Shown: positions 54,071-63,510 of the stretch, piece after piece | How the letters are laid out: the number at the start of each line of letters is the position of its first letter | Position numbering within the stretch: the first letter of the stretch is position 1 | Virus record (IMG/VR): IMGVR_UViG_3300033121_002101 | Coordinates: 96,001 to 160,000 of that record | DNA length: 64,000 nt | Source of the DNA: a virus | Taxonomy: Duplodnaviria; Caudoviricetes | Direction: 5' to 3' (one strand) | Notes under the pieces: generated by a model | Databases searched by the model: none | The model's input: only the letters and a program-made list of their open reading frames with translations | What the model was told of the DNA's origin: nothing | Translations under genes and position numbers: made by a program

Positions 54071-54607
54071 ATGAGTGAGACGAAGAGTAAGGGTCCTGCA
54101 CTAGATCACACCAAGGTTGCTGAGGTTCTTTTGCGTGTTGTTGAAACGCATCCAGATGCACTGAAGACAGAAGAGAAGTCTGGCTTTACTAAGGTTGAGA
54201 GTGTAGCGACTGGAAACAAGGTATACGTTCAGCGTAGGGATGATGTTCGTGAAGTTCATCTTAGCGGCTTTGGCGCTGGTCGCGTCGGTACAGTTGAGCC
54301 ACCACGCAAGAACGGAAAGGTTCAGGCTTGGCTTGATGTTAACTCGGCAGATCCGTATGCTGTTCTTGAGGAGGTTCTTGTTGAGCTTGCAACTCAGCAA
54401 GCTGCTGACAAGCCTGCTGCTGCTCCAAAGGCTCCTCGTGAGCCGAAGGCTGATAAGCCAAAGGTTGCTAAGGCAGATGCGACTTCTGATGCAGATCGTG
54501 TAAGTCGTATTAAGGCGCGCGTTGCAGCATTGAATCTTGATGGTGATGCTGCTACAGTTCCTGCTGTTGATGCACCGGCAGATGACGCTGTTGTAGCTGA
54601 TGCTTGA
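54071..54607 (+). CDS. Hypothetical, probably highly expressed protein with Ala/Lys/Pro-rich tail
   Basis: AGGAG RBS; AAG/CGT/GCT-biased codons; own terminator. Confidence 0.75.
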   Translation: MSETKSKGPALDHTKVAEVLLRVVETHPDALKTEEKSGFTKVESVATGNKVYVQRRDDVREVHLSGFGAGRVGTVEPPRKNGKVQAWLDVNSADPYAVLEEVLVELATQQAADKPAAAPKAPREPKADKPKVAKADATSDADRVSRIKARVAALNLDGDAATVPAVDAPADDAVVADA

Positions 54608-54640
54608 TTAAGTTGAGGTAAAAAACTTAATTGTCCCTAT

Positions 54641-54682
54641 AAAAAGGGAGAGGGAATTGTTTATGTCCCTCTCCCTTTTTTT
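54641..54682 (+). terminator. Rho-independent terminator
   Basis: AAAAAGGGAGAGGGA...TCCCTCTCCCTTTTTTT. Confidence 0.9.
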
Positions 54683-54703
54683 GATTTAAGGAGCTTAGAA
54701 GAG

Positions 54704-55435
54704 ATGCCTAGATTAGGATTTTTTGGAGATACACATGGATATATTGAAGATGCTGAGATAGTTTTAGATTTTTTTAAAGGCTATTATGTAGATGAAGTTA
54801 TTTCTGTTGGTGATTGGGGTTTTAATCTTGGCACACAATATAATCTTGTATATGAACTCGATCTGATGTTGTCAGAAAGAGACATGAAAATGAGATTTAT
54901 TGATGGAAACCATGATAACCATATAGCTTTAAGAGCATTTGATAAGTGCGAATCGAATGTAGCTGAAAATATTACATACATGCATAGAGGTTCTGTTTTC
55001 ACTTATGATGATGGAACAACTATTGGTTTTCTTGGTGGTGCACCATCAATTGATAAAAAATATAGATTGGAAAATAATCTTCACTGGTTCAAAGAAGAAG
55101 AAATAACAGATAGTGATGTTAATGAATTTATCAGAAATGCAACTGATAAAAAAATTGACATTCTTGTTACTCATGATGCTCCTAGACTTCCACCAACAAT
55201 CTATCAGATAAAAGACGATGTTACATTTTTCAATTCATCACAAGCTTCATTGAGTAAAATAAAGCAAATTGTTGATTATGCAAAACCTAAACTTTTAATT
55301 CATGGGCATTATCATAGATACTATATTGACAAAATTAATGATACAATGATTGTTGGGCTTGATCATTGCGGTAAACAAGTTGGCGTTTGTACTTTCATTT
55401 ACCCACAACATTTTATGGCAGATTTATCAAAATGA
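54704..55435 (+). CDS. Calcineurin-like metallophosphoesterase
   Basis: GDTHG, VGDWG, DGNHD, THDAP, HGHYH. Confidence 0.92.
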   Translation: MPRLGFFGDTHGYIEDAEIVLDFFKGYYVDEVISVGDWGFNLGTQYNLVYELDLMLSERDMKMRFIDGNHDNHIALRAFDKCESNVAENITYMHRGSVFTYDDGTTIGFLGGAPSIDKKYRLENNLHWFKEEEITDSDVNEFIRNATDKKIDILVTHDAPRLPPTIYQIKDDVTFFNSSQASLSKIKQIVDYAKPKLLIHGHYHRYYIDKINDTMIVGLDHCGKQVGVCTFIYPQHFMADLSK

Positions 55436-55590
55436 GCGACACAGTTTACATCATTTATGTAATTCTCAGTGGATTATTTTTCAATATTCTTGATGGCTAT
55501 CAAAATCGAAAAGCGCATAACGAATACATCAAATCAAGATTTGATGAATGATCAAATTAATGTAATTCAGTGATGAATTATTATTATTAA

Positions 55591-56307
55591 ATGGATCAAC
55601 TTACATACGCAAAGTTGTATGCAACTCAAAAGCATGGCAATCAGATGTATGGTGTTTTGCACTATACACATCATCTTGCTGATGTAGAGAGTGTTTTAAA
55701 GAAAGCTAGTCCAATACCGCTTAAAGCATTTCCATCTAATTGCTTGCTTATAGACAAGCAGTCTAAAATTATTTCTAGATATTCTGAAAAAGAATTCAGC
55801 ATTCTTGAAATAAATGATGGTAATTGTCTTCATTCAGATGATTTGTTTTTTATTAAAGCTCTCGATCATTCACAAGAATATGTAAAATACATTTATCAAG
55901 GAGATGCAGATCTCTATTACATTAGAGACAGAGATGAAAATCTATCTGCTACAGATATGTTTGTGGCTGCATGGCTGCATGATGTTATTGAAGATACTGA
56001 CACAAAGTATAGAGATGTTGAAGAGCTGTTTGGACATAATGTTGCTCAGCTTGTAGACGCAGTTACTTCAGTTGAAGGCCCGAATAGAAAGCTTCGTAAT
56101 GCAGCAACTTATCCAAAGATTAGGAATGCTGGTATTTGGGCTGTTAGACTTAAACTTGCAGATAGGATTGCAAATGTTTCAAATGGTGGCGGATCTGTAA
56201 AAATGTATAGAGATGAGTATAAAGATTTTAGACATGCTCTTTATACAGCTGGTGAGAATGAAGATTTGTGGTTTAGATTAGATAATCTAATAAATGGATG
56301 TGAATAA
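55591..56307 (+). CDS. HD-domain hydrolase, Mesh1/SpoT (p)ppGpp-hydrolase-like, with ~80-aa insertion
   Basis: A...H..Q.Y...Y..HL..V; AAWLHDVIEDT; LFG..VA.LV..VT; LKLADRIAN. Confidence 0.8.
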   Translation: MDQLTYAKLYATQKHGNQMYGVLHYTHHLADVESVLKKASPIPLKAFPSNCLLIDKQSKIISRYSEKEFSILEINDGNCLHSDDLFFIKALDHSQEYVKYIYQGDADLYYIRDRDENLSATDMFVAAWLHDVIEDTDTKYRDVEELFGHNVAQLVDAVTSVEGPNRKLRNAATYPKIRNAGIWAVRLKLADRIANVSNGGGSVKMYRDEYKDFRHALYTAGENEDLWFRLDNLINGCE

Positions 56308-56689
56308 AATGACAAGACCAGAAGAAATTTTCAATTCAAAAAAAGAATTGATTGGTTATGCATGCGGTAGTTGCATGCGTATTTCAAGCATAGGTGTAAG
56401 ATTAAAATTTGATAGTTATGATAATATTGATGCACTGCAGCTTAGTCTTGATTCTATAAAAGACTGCTGTATATGCAGTGTTTGCGAGCTAAATGAAATA
56501 GAATCACAAAATACTACAGTTTGTGCTAAGTGCAAAGTCAATGAGTTCTTTTCTAATTTAATTGATTTTTTAAATGATTTGAAAGAATCAATTGAACTGA
56601 ATATAACAAATGAAGTTGTATGGGAAGCTTGGACAAAATTTAGACGATACTACCAATATCGTAGTACAGGAGATTATTTAAATGGCTAA
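56294..56689 (+). CDS. Cys-rich protein, paralog of 56682-57065
   Basis: PEEIF...GYACGSC...CCICSVC...CAKC...W.AW. Confidence 0.6.
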   Translation: MDVNKMTRPEEIFNSKKELIGYACGSCMRISSIGVRLKFDSYDNIDALQLSLDSIKDCCICSVCELNEIESQNTTVCAKCKVNEFFSNLIDFLNDLKESIELNITNEVVWEAWTKFRRYYQYRSTGDYLNG

Positions 56690-57065
56690 TCCACAAGAAG
56701 TTTTTGATAAAAATCATAATGTTGTAGCATATGCATGCAACGTGTGTGGTGACATAAGAAAAAAATATTATGGTGATGATGATTATGATTCTTTAAAAGA
56801 ATCATTTGACTCTGCAAATATGTGTTGCACATGTTGTAAGTGTAATAGTGTATGTGAAAAAAAATTCTCATATTGTAATAGTTGCGAGTTTAATTTCAAA
56901 TTAAGATATTTTGGAGAGTTTTTTAGTGATATTTCTGAAGCTTACATGTTTGAAATTAAAAATATTGAGCTTTGGAATGCATGGAAGAATTCGCAAGAGA
57001 GATATAATTTTATCAATGAAAAGTATTGGAAAAGTTTGAATGATGAGAACGATAGTAATCGGTGA
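56682..57065 (+). CDS. Cys-rich protein, paralog of 56294-56689
   Basis: PQEVF...AYACNVC...CCTCCKC...CNSC...W.AW. Confidence 0.6.
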   Translation: MANPQEVFDKNHNVVAYACNVCGDIRKKYYGDDDYDSLKESFDSANMCCTCCKCNSVCEKKFSYCNSCEFNFKLRYFGEFFSDISEAYMFEIKNIELWNAWKNSQERYNFINEKYWKSLNDENDSNR

Positions 57066-57813
57066 TGTACATGGCTGCATTGATGAATTGAAACTTCTTC
57101 TAAAAGAAGTAGATTTCAAAAAAGGAAATGACAGGTGTATAATTGTTGGTGACCTTGTTGATAGAGGCCCAGATTCTGCTGGTGTTGTTTCATTTTGTGT
57201 AGAAAATAGCATTGAATCTGTGATGGGAAATCACGATGAAAAGCATATTAGAAATGCTAGAAATTTAGAGAGGCATCCAGATTCAAGAGTTAAACTAACT
57301 GATTCTGAGAAAGATATGTGGAAAAAACTTTCTCAGAATCAGCAACAGTGGCTTTCATCTTTGCCAAATTTAATTTGGATAAATGAAACAACTGTTTGCG
57401 TTCATGCTGGTCTTATGACAGACATTGAACCTAAAGACACTCATCAAAGAATACTTCACAGAATAAGATACGTTGAGCAAAGAAAATCAAAAAGTGGTTC
57501 TTTGAATTGGGAAATGTCAAGAATGAAAATAACTGATGATGGTGGATTTTTAAGGCCACGAGGATCAGTTCCGTGGACTGATGTGTACGGCGGAAAGTAT
57601 AATGTCGTTTATGGTCATTGGGCCAGAGAAGATGTCAAGATAGACAAATATGAAAATTCATTTGCACTTGGCATAGATACTTCTTCTTGTTTTGGTGGAA
57701 AATTAACAGCTGCTATATTTGATAATAGTACAACAGAATACAAATTAGTTTCTGTTAATTCTAGTGTTAATACTGACAATGATAGGTTTTATGAAGGAGA
57801 ATACGATCCGTGA
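57040..57813 (+). CDS. PPP-family metallophosphoesterase (Ser/Thr phosphatase / ApaH-PrpE-like)
   Basis: IGDVHGC, VGDLVDRGPDS, MGNHD, VHAG, YGH, IDT...GGKLTA. Confidence 0.92.
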   Translation: MMRTIVIGDVHGCIDELKLLLKEVDFKKGNDRCIIVGDLVDRGPDSAGVVSFCVENSIESVMGNHDEKHIRNARNLERHPDSRVKLTDSEKDMWKKLSQNQQQWLSSLPNLIWINETTVCVHAGLMTDIEPKDTHQRILHRIRYVEQRKSKSGSLNWEMSRMKITDDGGFLRPRGSVPWTDVYGGKYNVVYGHWAREDVKIDKYENSFALGIDTSSCFGGKLTAAIFDNSTTEYKLVSVNSSVNTDNDRFYEGEYDP

Positions 57814-57977
57814 TTTCTGATTTTAAGGTTGGCGCAAAGGTTGTAATTGCTGTCGCTGGTTGTGAAATGAATGGAACGATTGTAAATTCTGTTTTCAAAT
57901 CAAAACAATGGTTTCATACTGTGCTTGTGAATGACAAGCATTTCATATGCCAAGAATTAAATCTTAGATATCAATAA
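57810..57977 (+). CDS. Small hypothetical protein (55 aa)
   Basis: GTGA overlap; FKVGAKV motif. Confidence 0.4.
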   Translation: MISDFKVGAKVVIAVAGCEMNGTIVNSVFKSKQWFHTVLVNDKHFICQELNLRYQ

Positions 57978-58016
57978 TCATACTTGAAAAATATTCTAGA
58001 CTCATAAATAATCATT

Positions 58017-59483
58017 ATGAGTCTAGAAGATATTCCTTCGCATTATTTGATAATGCATCAATTTATTTATCAGGCCGAAGCTCAGCTTAAGTCGCATACA
58101 GATATTGGTGCAATTGGTTATACTGGAAAAACAAAGCAAGTAGCAAACAAGTTAAGAGAACTTGGTTGGAGACGTGCTGATTACAATAGAGAATCGCTCG
58201 ATGATGATGGAAATACAATCATCAGAAAGCAAATCAATAGAGATTCGTTTTGGTATAAGCCAGAACACTGGAAAAAAGATTCAGATATATGGCCGCCAGT
58301 TCAACCAATATCTGATGATGCAGAAACATTTGAACACGTTATCAGACGTGGTAGACGATTGATGTTTCCGCAAGATGTAAAAGAAACAATAATGGATGAA
58401 CTTGTTGTCTTTATATCAAGCGGCAAAGTATCTCAATGGTATGGCGGCGCGGGCGGGCATGAAAGAATGAAAAAAAATGTCAAGGGAAGACTTGACAAAC
58501 CACGTGATGTTGCAACTGCTTTGCCAGCAGATATCGATCCAGTTATAATTGTTCCGCATCACCTTTTGCTTATAACGGCAAGAAGAACAGATCCACAAAA
58601 TGCTGACTCAGTTGAACGTGGAATGCAACTGTTTGGATGGGATCGAGCAAATAGAGGTAATAGAGAAAAAGAAATTTGGTTTAATCCAAAGCAATGGGAA
58701 TTAGCTGTTGGCGGAGCATTGGGTTTGCTTCCTTTAACGAGTGAAGCAGAACAATATCTTTCAAAACTCGATCCAGAATCGACAAGCCTTACAAAGAGAT
58801 TTATACCTGATGCATCTTATTTGCCAGATGTAGAAGTAATGGCATCAGCTGCTATGGAAGTTGCTGCAAATGCAACGAAACGCGGAACATTTACGCCGCC
58901 CGCAGCAAGCATTAGGCCTGATCCTAGTGCCCCAGATAGAAGTAAACCAGGATCACCAACGATTAAAGATATTGACGCAGCGACAAAAGCAAGGGCTGCT
59001 GGTAGAGATCCAGAGTCTGGAAGAAAAGTTGATGATGATTCTTTCCTCGGACCAATGCCAGCGAAAAGAGCTGGAAATATGGCACCGAAAGGATCTCGTG
59101 CTGAAGCTCCACCACTTGGTAAAACAGCTTTAGGACACCACAAGGCAGTTGGTAAAGATGTTTCAAACATAAACAATCCAAAACCAACTATCAGCAAAGA
59201 TGAAGAAGACGATGAAGAAGATATTGACATCGAGCCAGATGAGCCAGAGCCAGATGAGTTTGATGATGAAATAGATGACAATGACGAAGAAGATATAGAT
59301 GAGCCAGAGATTCCAAAAGGAAGACAATCTGTGGCTGATTTAGACGCGGCATATAAAGCGCGTGTGGAAAAAGAAAGACAGAGAGCAGCTGCAAAGCGTT
59401 CAATGTCTGGATCTAAAAACCCGCCAAAAGAACAAAAGCCAGTTTCAAATAAATCAATTCTTTTTGCAGATGATGATGAATGA
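58017..59483 (+). CDS. Hypothetical protein with Pro-rich and very acidic C-terminal region
   Basis: 488 aa; internal repeat LGWRRA..W/FGWDRA..W. Confidence 0.65.
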   Translation: MSLEDIPSHYLIMHQFIYQAEAQLKSHTDIGAIGYTGKTKQVANKLRELGWRRADYNRESLDDDGNTIIRKQINRDSFWYKPEHWKKDSDIWPPVQPISDDAETFEHVIRRGRRLMFPQDVKETIMDELVVFISSGKVSQWYGGAGGHERMKKNVKGRLDKPRDVATALPADIDPVIIVPHHLLLITARRTDPQNADSVERGMQLFGWDRANRGNREKEIWFNPKQWELAVGGALGLLPLTSEAEQYLSKLDPESTSLTKRFIPDASYLPDVEVMASAAMEVAANATKRGTFTPPAASIRPDPSAPDRSKPGSPTIKDIDAATKARAAGRDPESGRKVDDDSFLGPMPAKRAGNMAPKGSRAEAPPLGKTALGHHKAVGKDVSNINNPKPTISKDEEDDEEDIDIEPDEPEPDEFDDEIDDNDEEDIDEPEIPKGRQSVADLDAAYKARVEKERQRAAAKRSMSGSKNPPKEQKPVSNKSILFADDDE

Positions 59484-59534
59484 TATACATTAACGTTGTT
59501 TGATTTTGTTGTTAACAACGTATTATAAATATAC

Positions 59535-59864
59535 ATGTTGTTAACACAACCAGAGAATTTTGTCGTATTTACAACTGTTGAAGATGAATGCGACTCACCT
59601 CGTGTTGTCGGTATGTTATTGTCAGATGAGCCTTATAATCTGTATAATGCTTACGTTGACAAACATGTCGGCGAATTTCTTGAAAAATCTAATGATATAG
59701 ATTTTGCAATTTTTTTGCCTGTTAATTCTTTTGAAGAATTTAACTGCATTATTGAAGAGTATAAAGAGAATAAGGGTACAATGGCCGTCGCGGGCTTTGG
59801 ACCTTTTTCTAAAGAAGACCTAGGGATCAGTAATTGGAGTTCGATTGTTAATTTTCAAAACTGA
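59535..59864 (+). CDS. Hypothetical protein
   Basis: 109-aa ORF. Confidence 0.55.
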   Translation: MLLTQPENFVVFTTVEDECDSPRVVGMLLSDEPYNLYNAYVDKHVGEFLEKSNDIDFAIFLPVNSFEEFNCIIEEYKENKGTMAVAGFGPFSKEDLGISNWSSIVNFQN

Positions 59865-59875
59865 AAGGGATACAA

Positions 59876-60742
59876 ATGACTGACACCAAGGATCTTGTTT
59901 CTGCTAATTCTAACGGCTACGGCATCAGTTCTAAGAATACTTACACTCGTATTAATGGGCAGACTGACAAGTTGCCTGCTGGTCAGTATTCATTCTTTAT
60001 GGATATGAACGGCAATGTTCATTATGAGCTGAGTGCGTATTCTTCTGATAAGTTGTTTTTTGAAGATGAAGCTCTTCCAAATCGTATTATGGATGAGATT
60101 AAGTCTTGGCTTGATAAACGCGAGCAGTATGAGAAGTTTGGGTTTATGTATAAGCGCGCGTTCATGCTTCACGGTCCTCCTGGCAACGGCAAGACTTCTT
60201 TGATCATTGAAATTTCAAGGTTGTTTGCTGCAATGTATGATGGCATCACTCTTCGTTTGAAGGGTAATCCGCAGAATCTTATTAATGCAATTAAGGGAAT
60301 TCGTGAGACACATCCAAATAGACCTGTTTTGGTCGTCATTGAAGAGATTGATGATGTCTATTTAAACTGGGGTGGAACTCTACTTGATGTTCTGGATGGT
60401 GGATTTGATATGTCTGGCGTTTGCTTTGTAGCAACGACCAATTTTCTTGACAAGCTTGATGCACGTATTCGTTCTCGCCCAAGCAGGTTTGATACCATTG
60501 TCGAAGTTGTTGGTCCGTCGAAGAATACTCGCAAGAAGTATTTGAAGTCTTTGGGTGTTGATACGGAGAAGTCTGAAGAGATTGCAAAGGCAAGCGACGG
60601 CATGTCGTTTGCTCACCTCAAGGAATTTGTTATTGCAAGTGTAATTCTTGGCCAGAGCGTTTCTTCTGTCAGAGACCGCCTGCAGAGCATGATTGATAAT
60701 CCTGATAGTTATGAAGATGATGATAACTGTGTGATTGAATAG
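59876..60742 (+). CDS. AAA+ ATPase
   Basis: GPPGNGKTS, VIEEID, ATTN..LD...RPSRFD. Confidence 0.93.
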   Translation: MTDTKDLVSANSNGYGISSKNTYTRINGQTDKLPAGQYSFFMDMNGNVHYELSAYSSDKLFFEDEALPNRIMDEIKSWLDKREQYEKFGFMYKRAFMLHGPPGNGKTSLIIEISRLFAAMYDGITLRLKGNPQNLINAIKGIRETHPNRPVLVVIEEIDDVYLNWGGTLLDVLDGGFDMSGVCFVATTNFLDKLDARIRSRPSRFDTIVEVVGPSKNTRKKYLKSLGVDTEKSEEIAKASDGMSFAHLKEFVIASVILGQSVSSVRDRLQSMIDNPDSYEDDDNCVIE

Positions 60743-61919
60743 ACGTATGGATACCAAAATAAATCTAAAAATTCTTAGACTGCATGCGCCGAAAGCTTGC
60801 AAAGAAATTGCAAGGTTCGGCATTTTGCCGTTTTGCGAGCGCAATCTAATCGACTTGAAAGAAGATAAAGATTCAGGTTTGATTTCGCTCCAATATTCTA
60901 TAACATCTGACATGACAAACGAAGCAGTTAAAGACTGCAGAGGTTTAGTTCTGTATACTGATGACCCGACATATCCAGTTGCAATGTCATTTAGAAAGTT
61001 CTTTAATATTGAAGAACTTGTAGCTGATTGTGTTGATTTTAAAGATGCAGACATTCTACACAAGATGGATGGCTCTCTTTTGACACTCTATTTTGATCAT
61101 AGAGCAAACATGTGGAGAGTATCTACAACTGGCAATCCAGTTGCTGGTGGCCCTTATGGAAATGAAAGAGACAAAACGTTTGCCAAGATGTTTTGGCAAA
61201 TCTTTAATGAAAGCAAATACTCTCTTCCTGATATACCAAAGTGTGAAATGGATGACATCTGGTATTCATTTGAGCTTTGTGATCTGTCTAATAGAATAGT
61301 TGTACGTTATGACAGTCCATCTCTTGTGCTGATTGGTGCAAGAAGGAGAGTTGCTCTACAAGAACTTTCGCATGATGAATATTCTACACATGCGAAATAT
61401 TATGGGTGGATTGCTGTAAGAAAAATTAACAGTAAAGATATAAACAGCATGTCGATTAAGAAAATCGCTGCTGAAACAAATCCTCTTGAGCTTGAGGGAT
61501 TTGTTGCTGTTGACACAAACTTCAATAGAGTTAAGATTAAAAACCCAAGGTATGTGTTGATACACAGACTCAAAGGAGAGAGAACTCCACGTGCAATTAT
61601 AGATCTCTGGAAAGTAGATGGGACAAGCGAAATACTTTCTTATTTCCCAGAGTTCTCAGATGACTTCAATAAAATTGAAAGCAAAATTAATCTTCTTATA
61701 GAAGAATGCTGCAATGTTTGGAGTGAAACAAAAAACATTGCAGTTAGAAAAGATTTTGCTGAAAAAGTAAAACATCTTCCTTATTCTGGTATATTGTTTG
61801 ATTTGTTTACAGTACAACAGACATTCGAAAAATATACAGATCTTTTGAATTTCGTTGAAGCAAAGCTAAGAAATATAAACTCAAATACTATTTTGAGAAT
61901 GATCGGAGTAAAAGACTAG
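60735..61919 (+). CDS. RNA ligase, T4 Rnl1-like
   Basis: CRGLV, FRKFFN, KMDGSL, FEL...NRIVV.Y, EGFV, RVKIKNPRY. Confidence 0.9.
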   Translation: MNRRMDTKINLKILRLHAPKACKEIARFGILPFCERNLIDLKEDKDSGLISLQYSITSDMTNEAVKDCRGLVLYTDDPTYPVAMSFRKFFNIEELVADCVDFKDADILHKMDGSLLTLYFDHRANMWRVSTTGNPVAGGPYGNERDKTFAKMFWQIFNESKYSLPDIPKCEMDDIWYSFELCDLSNRIVVRYDSPSLVLIGARRRVALQELSHDEYSTHAKYYGWIAVRKINSKDINSMSIKKIAAETNPLELEGFVAVDTNFNRVKIKNPRYVLIHRLKGERTPRAIIDLWKVDGTSEILSYFPEFSDDFNKIESKINLLIEECCNVWSETKNIAVRKDFAEKVKHLPYSGILFDLFTVQQTFEKYTDLLNFVEAKLRNINSNTILRMIGVKD

Positions 61920-61952
61920 AAGTAGTCTAGAAGTAGTCTGGCTTAAAAAATC

Positions 61953-62006
61953 AAAAATAAAAACGGCAAGCTGATCTATTTGATTCAGCTTGCCGTTTTT
62001 ATTTTT
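61953..62006. terminator. Bidirectional terminator at the convergent strand switch
   Basis: AAAAATAAAAACGGCAAGCTGA...TCAGCTTGCCGTTTTTATTTTT. Confidence 0.9.
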
Positions 62007-62169
62007 CTTCGTAAGACAGAACAGTTGGCTTGAATTCTGTTATTAGCTTTGCTAGTTTTTGATGACTGAATTTTTTGTTTCTGTAATGAGCTACTTGTAA
62101 AATCATTGCAAGAAACATCTCGTCTTTTGGAATGTTTTCGTTTGCAAGTTCTATTTTTCTTTTGCTCAT
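61999..62169 (-). CDS. Short paralog sharing the MSKxKxxxANENIPxDEMFLAxILQ N-terminus
   Basis: First ~25 aa near-identical to 62174-62521 and 63085-63432. Confidence 0.6.
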   Translation of the reverse strand: MSKRKIELANENIPKDEMFLAMILQVAHYRNKKFSHQKLAKLITEFKPTVLSYEEK

Positions 62170-62173
62170 TTTG

Positions 62174-62521
62174 CTACTCATCAATTGTCATGGCTTGACG
62201 ATATGCCCAGCCTACAGTTTCTCCATCAAGATTGTCAGTTTCTAAACAAACAGTCCAATTTATTGGTTCATCATTACCAAACATGATGTGTACAAAACTG
62301 TCTCGCAATACAGTTGTATCATTCTCTAAACGAGCAGCACCAACTGCACATGCATACATTGCTTCTTCTGCTGAACAATGACTGATATAGTTCAGATCTC
62401 TATACATTGCGTTTTCGCAGAATCCAATATCTCTGGCTTTTACGTTCTGCAAAATCATTGCGAGAAACATTTCGTCTTCTGGAATGTTTTCATTCGCTGT
62501 TTCTAGTTTTTTCTTGCTCAT
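62174..62521 (-). CDS. Hypothetical protein (115 aa), paralog family
   Basis: AAGGA RBS; YACAVGAA...GND...DGETVGWAYRQAMT. Confidence 0.75.
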   Translation of the reverse strand: MSKKKLETANENIPEDEMFLAMILQNVKARDIGFCENAMYRDLNYISHCSAEEAMYACAVGAARLENDTTVLRDSFVHIMFGNDEPINWTVCLETDNLDGETVGWAYRQAMTIDE

Positions 62522-62598
62522 TTTTGTTTCCTTTGTTATTACTGGTTTATCACTGGTTGTCATCTGATTTAATTAATGGTTGTATATTAACACATTAT

Positions 62599-62639
62599 AA
62601 AGATTAAACCAGATAAAAACCAGATGATCTCAGATGACT
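62599..62639 (-). promoter_or_regulatory. 41-bp repeated promoter-like element, copy 1
   Basis: Identical to 63511-63551; AGAT phased at 10/11/10 bp; abuts TATAAT on the minus strand. Confidence 0.7.
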
Positions 62640-62684
62640 TCAAATTAAATTTGGTTTGTATTTTTTAATTTATCAATTTTCAAT

Positions 62685-63083
62685 TCAAGGTTTCGAAAGG
62701 ATGAAACAGATATTGCTGTCTGTATATTCATCATCTTTGCAAAAATGAATTCCATCACCATCACAATAAATCAAATCCTGAGATATATCAAATTCATTAT
62801 CTCTAGTTACATAATCAGCTTTTAGTTTGTTTTCTAGCTCTTCTGGTGAAGATATAACAAAGATTTCAATACTCTTTTTATCTGTATCTTTGTTTTGTTT
62901 GATGACAGTGAGATTTCGTGGCCATGTCATTTTGCGGCCAGCAACATTCTTCAATGCAAGAATGTAATCTCTTGAATTACATTTGTTATCGATTAAAATG
63001 TTACCGATTTCAACAATAACTTCTGCGTTATTGTTTTCAGATGTTTTAATCAAGTCAAAGATTTTTTTGTCTGCTTCTGACAT
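62685..63083 (-). CDS. Hypothetical protein
   Basis: GAGGA RBS before MSEAD. Confidence 0.6.
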   Translation of the reverse strand: MSEADKKIFDLIKTSENNNAEVIVEIGNILIDNKCNSRDYILALKNVAGRKMTWPRNLTVIKQNKDTDKKSIEIFVISSPEELENKLKADYVTRDNEFDISQDLIYCDGDGIHFCKDDEYTDSNICFILSKP

Positions 63084-63084
63084 T

Positions 63085-63432
63085 TTATTCCTCAACAGTC
63101 ATTGCTTGACGATATGCCCAACCAATCGTTTCTCCATCAATCGTTTCTCCATCTTTTAAATCTGTATTATTGTTCCAGTAATCATCACAATCATTTCCAT
63201 TTGTAATATAATGAAAGCCAGTACATTTCGTGTCTTCTTCTAACAAAGCTGCACCAACTGCGCATGCATATATTGCTTCTTGTGGAAAGCAGACGTCTCC
63301 ATCACTGTTCTTGTAATACGTACCTTTTAAAAAACTAAGATCTCTAGCTTTTGCATTCTGCAGAATCTTTGCAAGAAACATCTCATCTTCTGGAATATTT
63401 TCGTTTGCAAGTTTTAGCTTCTTTTTACTCAT
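63085..63432 (-). CDS. Hypothetical protein (115 aa), paralog family
   Basis: YACAVGAA...GND...DGETIGWAYRQAMT. Confidence 0.75.
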   Translation of the reverse strand: MSKKKLKLANENIPEDEMFLAKILQNAKARDLSFLKGTYYKNSDGDVCFPQEAIYACAVGAALLEEDTKCTGFHYITNGNDCDDYWNNNTDLKDGETIDGETIGWAYRQAMTVEE

Positions 63433-63510
63433 TTTAATTTCCCTTGTGTGTTTCTGGTTTGTCACTAGATGACTTCTGTTTTTTACCAATGGCAACCATT
63501 ATAAATTATA

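Noticed and set aside
61916-61941. Tandem 11-bp repeat CTAGAAGTAGT x2 at the Rnl1 stop
   Set aside because: Only two copies; most simply a local duplication beside the terminator.
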